Shown here one piece after another: positions 59,301 to 64,000 of a stretch of 64,000 nucleotides of DNA. The DNA is taken from the NCBI GenBank assembly GCA_964188305.1, contig OZ076886.1; one strand, written 5' to 3'. Source of the DNA: Podarcis bocagei. Its lineage: Eukaryota. The number at the start of each line of letters is the position of its first letter. Positions within the stretch are counted from its first letter, which is position 1. The position numbers and the translations under genes were made by a program. The notes under the pieces are model-generated. The model worked only from the letters and a program-made list of their open reading frames with translations, was not told the DNA's origin and made no database searches.

Positions 59301-61040
59301 AATTGCTTGGGATAAAGGTTGGGATGCAAGGGTGAAAAGTATACACCCAGATAGGCTAACAGGCGTACCTGGAACAGTCATGAAAACTATGCTTCCCTTA
59401 CTTACTGACCTCAGGATTGTTTCAAACATTTGCAACTCCAGTTAGACACAATTGTAGATGATATCCAGAGCCAGTTCATTATGACTACCAGCTGTTAAGA
59501 GCAAGCAGCAGTGGCTGTCTCAGTCTTGTCTGGTTTGGCTTTAACAGAGATCATCCGGACGCCCATGGGAAGCTCAGGCTGCTGAGCTAGTTGGACAGTT
59601 ACTAAGAATGTGAGAGAAGCTCTGCTGATCAGACGAAGTTCCCATCTAATCCAGCCTTCTACTTTCAGCAGTGACTTTCCAGATGTTTCAAGGAAACCCA
59701 CCAACAGGGCAGGAGGCGGCAACAGCACATGGCTTGATCCTGCACGACAGTTTTTACATTTTTGTGCTCCAAGCCCTCATAGTTCTCTGCCTTGAGAATA
59801 TCCAAGTAGCACAGTCCCAAGATGATACCTAGCTCTCTCTCTCTAGTGGCAGCTATGTTTTATTGAATAGCAACAAAAAGATCATATTAAAACAGGGTTT
59901 ATTGAGAGAAAATCCTCAAATGTAAAATGTAACAAAATAAGTGTAAAAATAGCACATGCAATTCTTAGGTACCAGAGTTCTTTAAATTATCAGTCCCTTG
60001 GTAGTGATCTCCATCAGAGGGCCAAATGAGCCACTTGTTCACCACATTCGGTAAGCTGCATTTCAAGCCCAGGTGTTGTTTTCCCAGGGACAAAGCCACA
60101 CTCTCCTTTTGTGGGCTGGTTGGGGAATCTCCCATATTAGATACAGCTTGGTTTTCTGGGTCAAGCTGCTTTGAGAAAGCATTTTAGCAACATTTCAAAA
60201 ATTGTACATATAATTTGAACCTAGCTGGGAGTCAATAAAGGGAAAATTTACAGGTTGAAGCCACAAGATACCCAGAGTCTCTTTTCCTCCAAGAAACATC
60301 ACTGAATGGAATTGTGATCAAAGGACTAGCCAGTAATTTCAAGTGTATGTTCCATTGCAACCATCTCAGTCTTGTAGCTTAACCTTTGGATTTAGAAAAC
60401 CCGACATCGTATAAGATGGCTGTACTTTGGTAAAAATAAATAAAATGCCCAAGCTTGTGTATAGAACAGCAACATGCCTCCACCTCACGAATACACATGC
60501 AACTTCTGCTATGCAGACCATGATCTAACTCGGTGAACATTTCTCACTGACTCAGGCTAGCCATGAGTGTGAAGTTGGCGGTTTCTTTTCATCCTGGACG
60601 GGTCCACACTCTGAAGGCAGTACTGCCAACAAGGGACTGGCTGACTCTGAATTGGGTGCTTTAATTTTCTGTCAGTTGTGTGTTTTTTCCTCGCTGGCAC
60701 TCAGACTTTCTCAATTTAAGAGTGTTTTATGCTTTCCCAAGAGAGCCACAGTGGCGATGCAGGTGATCTATGCTTTAAATAGAACATGTGGCTCTCCAGA
60801 GGGAGCGTCATAGTGATTTGGGAGGGCACGGTGCCTTTTGAAGTAAGCATAAGATATTAGGTCTGTTGAGTGTGCTCATCACTGCAGGGTTCTTAGATCT
60901 GACCGGTTCAGTAGGAATGAAAACTGGTGATGGAAGCCCAGAATCTGGAGAGATTCAGAAACTGCAGATCAAGGGAACTAGGATGATTGTTGAAACTGCA
61001 ACTAGATCAACTTGCCCCTTTCTCTTCCTCTCTTTCTCAG

Positions 61041-61206
61041 GCTGATGCAGCTGAAGATGCTGGGGAAACGGTGTCTGCGGGAAGCTTTCTTGGTGACGAC
61101 CCTATTCCATGTCCACTGTGTGATCGCACATTCCCAGTTTCGGAAATTGAGCTGCACGCCATGTATTGTAATGGCGCCAGAGAGGACCCAGCCGAAGATG
61201 CTCCAG
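61041..61206 (+). CDS. UIMC1: UIMC1 coding exon 8 (first UBZ/Rad18-type zinc finger); gene continues past the window
   Basis: Long pyrimidine tract ..tctttctcag| and donor G|gtttgc. 166 nt, phase 0-1. Encodes ..IPCPLCDRTFPVSEIELHAMYCNG.. Confidence 0.95.
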
Positions 61207-63339
61207 GTTTGCTAAGCACCTGTTCTTATGTGCCGTTTGTTCATGCTGGTCATTTGGAGATCTTGCCCCACACGCCTGTATTAGCTAGAGTAGTCCACTT
61301 GGGACGAGTCTTGGGCAAATTCTTAAAACCAGAGAGTCAAAAGGCACCTAGTGTGTCACCCAGTCTGATGGCTTGTCCTAGCGCAGCTAGCAAATCCTGA
61401 CAAGTCATGAGTGTGTGTGTGTGTCATGTGTTCAGTTCTGAAGGGTATGCAAGTACCCCAGAGGTAGGCAGGATGGAGACAAGGGCCATAGTCTGGGCGT
61501 GCAGAGGAAGGGCTGAGCAGCCTCCCTCAGATACAAGCTGCCCACACAGAGGGAAGTGAGAATCTTTCATAAACGCCAGTGGCAGCAGATTGGCTGTCCA
61601 GTGCTGCCTGGCTTCCTGTGCAGTGAACCTCTCAGCCTGCAGTTCCCTCCTCTGACCAGGAGCCCTGGTGGTGTAGGGAGCCAGGGCCCTGTGGCACCTG
61701 ACAGTTTGCATGCCCACATCCATGCATCCTGCTCTGGGCCTCCGAGGCCCAGCATCTCAGTCAACCCTTCAGGCCCTGTGATTTGCTCAACACAGCTCTA
61801 TCACATCCTCTCCTATCATTTCTGCTGTTCCTGTTAGTGAGCCCTGGCGCTTCATTCTTGGCTGGCTGTTGTTTCTCATTCACAGCTCACGTCTGGCTCC
61901 AGGCCCACTCCTCCTGTCATGAGAAATGTTGCCTGTGGTTCTGGCAGAAATCCCCAGTGTCTGCTGGTGGGGTAAAAGAGCTACCCCCTGTGAAAAGTTT
62001 CTCTAGGCAGCGGGTAGTAGTACGGCACACAGGTTCTGCCTCTTACAAAGAGCACCCTCAATACTTCCAGTGCCGTCCTGGGCATATCTATTCAGAACCT
62101 CTTACTCCTTTGCAAGTGTGCTTAGGATTGCAACTTTAGACCCCTTCACTTCCTTTGTGCCCTTTGGAAACAGACAACTTCCTTTATGGCTCTTGTAATC
62201 TTTCAGCCTGTAGAATGCTGGGAAAGGCTTTCGGATACCCCAGCAAATATAGCTTTGAGCAGATTGAATGTGAATGCGTACACAGAAAGACTGTTCACTA
62301 TTAATTATCTACCTCAAATGGGGTAACACTTTTTGTGTTTTAATTAACGAGGATATCAATCCCGTTTTCCCACAGACATGGCGATTTTATGTTGAGCTAT
62401 TAGTCACTATATGAAATCTGCTAATGCAGTGCTTGGCTTTCCTTTCGTTAAGGTAGGGGAAACCTGAGGACCACATTAGAAATACATCATAAGCCAAAGG
62501 CCTGTTGCCAGTTTGCATGTTTAATAGCAAGTGATTAACATAATTGGCAAAGCTTTTTTTTGTTTTTGTTAAATTTGTCGAGCCAAGCTGAAATAAATTA
62601 TTAGTAGGCATGATTCCTATTCCGAAATTGTTGACCTCAAATGTGAAAAACTTGACTTCACCTTTAAACACCTTGGTGTGCAAAATTAGACATCACGAAT
62701 GTTAAATGCAGTGAATTGGGGCTGCATTTTATACTTTGCTTTCTGCCATTAAACTCATTTGCCATTAATTATTCAGATATCTCTCTGCGGCAATAAGGAG
62801 TAGGAATTTTCTAATAAAAGCAATATTATTATTTTTTTTTATAAAAAGGAATCCTAACAAGTGTTGGTGGGCTCTAAGGAGGTGGCTTTGGGTCACATTG
62901 CCTCCCTGTTGCCTTCCTGCTGTTGAGGCATCTTGTGTACTTTTGTATACCTTTATGCCCTGCATACAACACAGGCTCACTGATATTCATGCCACCCTGG
63001 GATCTTTGGATAAAGGATAGTATATAAATTGAATAATAATACAGGGAAAACAATTCTTAGTTCTGTAGCATTATCATTTCTAAGACCTTAAGCACAGATT
63101 GTGATGCAGGTAGAGATCCCAACTGCAACACAAAGCAAGTCTTCACTTTCACCATGCCTGGGGAAGCTGTGCAGCATCTAAGCAGGTCTTCGTTGGAACC
63201 ACCAAAAAGGCTCTCCCATGGACCCCCCAACAGACCTAATTTAAGGCAAGGACCACAAGGAAAGCCTTACTCACTGATCTGAATGCAGAAGCAGCTTGAT
63301 CCAGGGCAGGGCATTCTTTCAAATAGTTGGGGATCAGGT

Positions 63340-63900
63340 CATTCAGGGCTTAAATGTCAACAGAAAAACCTTGAAATAAGTCTGGCAGACAAGTGGCAAC
63401 CAGTGCAGCTGTTTAGGAATATGAGCTATATGCAGCTACTCTCACCCTGGCCTCTGCATTCTGCATTAGTGGCAACTTCTAGGTCATCTTCCGGGGCAGC
63501 TCAACTTAAAGCACATTACAGTAGTCCACCCTGGAGGTTACCAGATCATAGAAAACTATAGCTAGGCTATCTTTGTCCAGACAAGGTTGTAGTTGATGTA
63601 CCAACAAAAGCAAGTTGTAGGCAGTTGTAGTCACTGAGGTCACCTAGGAATGATCATTCTAGCATAGCACCCACCCACAATGAGCTTGCTCCTTGGAGGA
63701 CAGTGCAACCTCACCCACAATAGGCTGTCACACAAAACCCCACCCATAGGACCTTCATCTCCTCTGGGTTCAGTTTCAGTGTGCTTGTCCACATCCTACC
63801 CACTACTACCTCCAGGCACGGCTCAGCACCTTCACTGCCTCTCCTGATACTGATAGACTTGAGAGAGGGAGAGCTGGGTGTCATCAGCATATTGATGGTT
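63340..63900 (-). mobile_element. L2-clade LINE RT fragment
   Basis: Minus strand caatatgctgatgacacccagctc = QYADDTQL, followed by LKLNPE..; SNLQGGLL/DYCN-like and LQLHIA-like remnants. Confidence 0.8.
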
Positions 63901-64000
63901 CCTAAAACAATGTGCTATAATAGTAATGAGAACAAATCACATGCAGAGAATGAAATTTACTGCATGGGTTTGGGATCTTGGAAATCGGAGAAATTAGGCA

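Noticed and set aside
62200-62290. Possible next UIMC1 exon after tctttcag/ctgtag
   Set aside because: The translation does not resemble the expected VLTRRQ-type segment and there is no good donor, so the next exon is probably beyond the window.

Overview
This is vertebrate genomic DNA, not prokaryotic. The repeat content (tRNA-Lys/CR1-tail SINE, squamate-type tRNA SINEs, CR1, L2, L1, Penelope, hAT and Tc1/pogo MITEs) suggests a squamate reptile, probably a lacertid lizard. Two genes lie head-to-head on a shared CpG island (about 7.0-8.65 kb). ZNF346/JAZ (dsRNA-binding zinc finger) is on the minus strand; coding exons 1-5 are present (643 nt) and the gene runs off the left edge. UIMC1/RAP80 (BRCA1-A subunit; SIM, tandem UIMs, Abraxas-interacting region, first zinc finger) is on the plus strand; one probable non-coding exon and 8 coding exons are present (1882 nt, phases all compatible) and the gene runs off the right edge. 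Most of the short ORFs in the track are noise. The most notable accessory signals are: (1) pairs of Penelope-derived minimal hammerhead ribozyme motifs in sense orientation in introns of both genes; (2) a 3.5-kb hATm-like DNA transposon with a 9-bp target duplication and a decayed transposase, carrying a nested L1 that itself carries a nested MITE; (3) a single 1134-nt UIMC1 exon where mammals appear to have two; (4) a weakly supported series of antisense exon-like segments in UIMC1 introns 2-3 that may be a dead nested gene. All family assignments and comparisons to human are from memory, with no database search.
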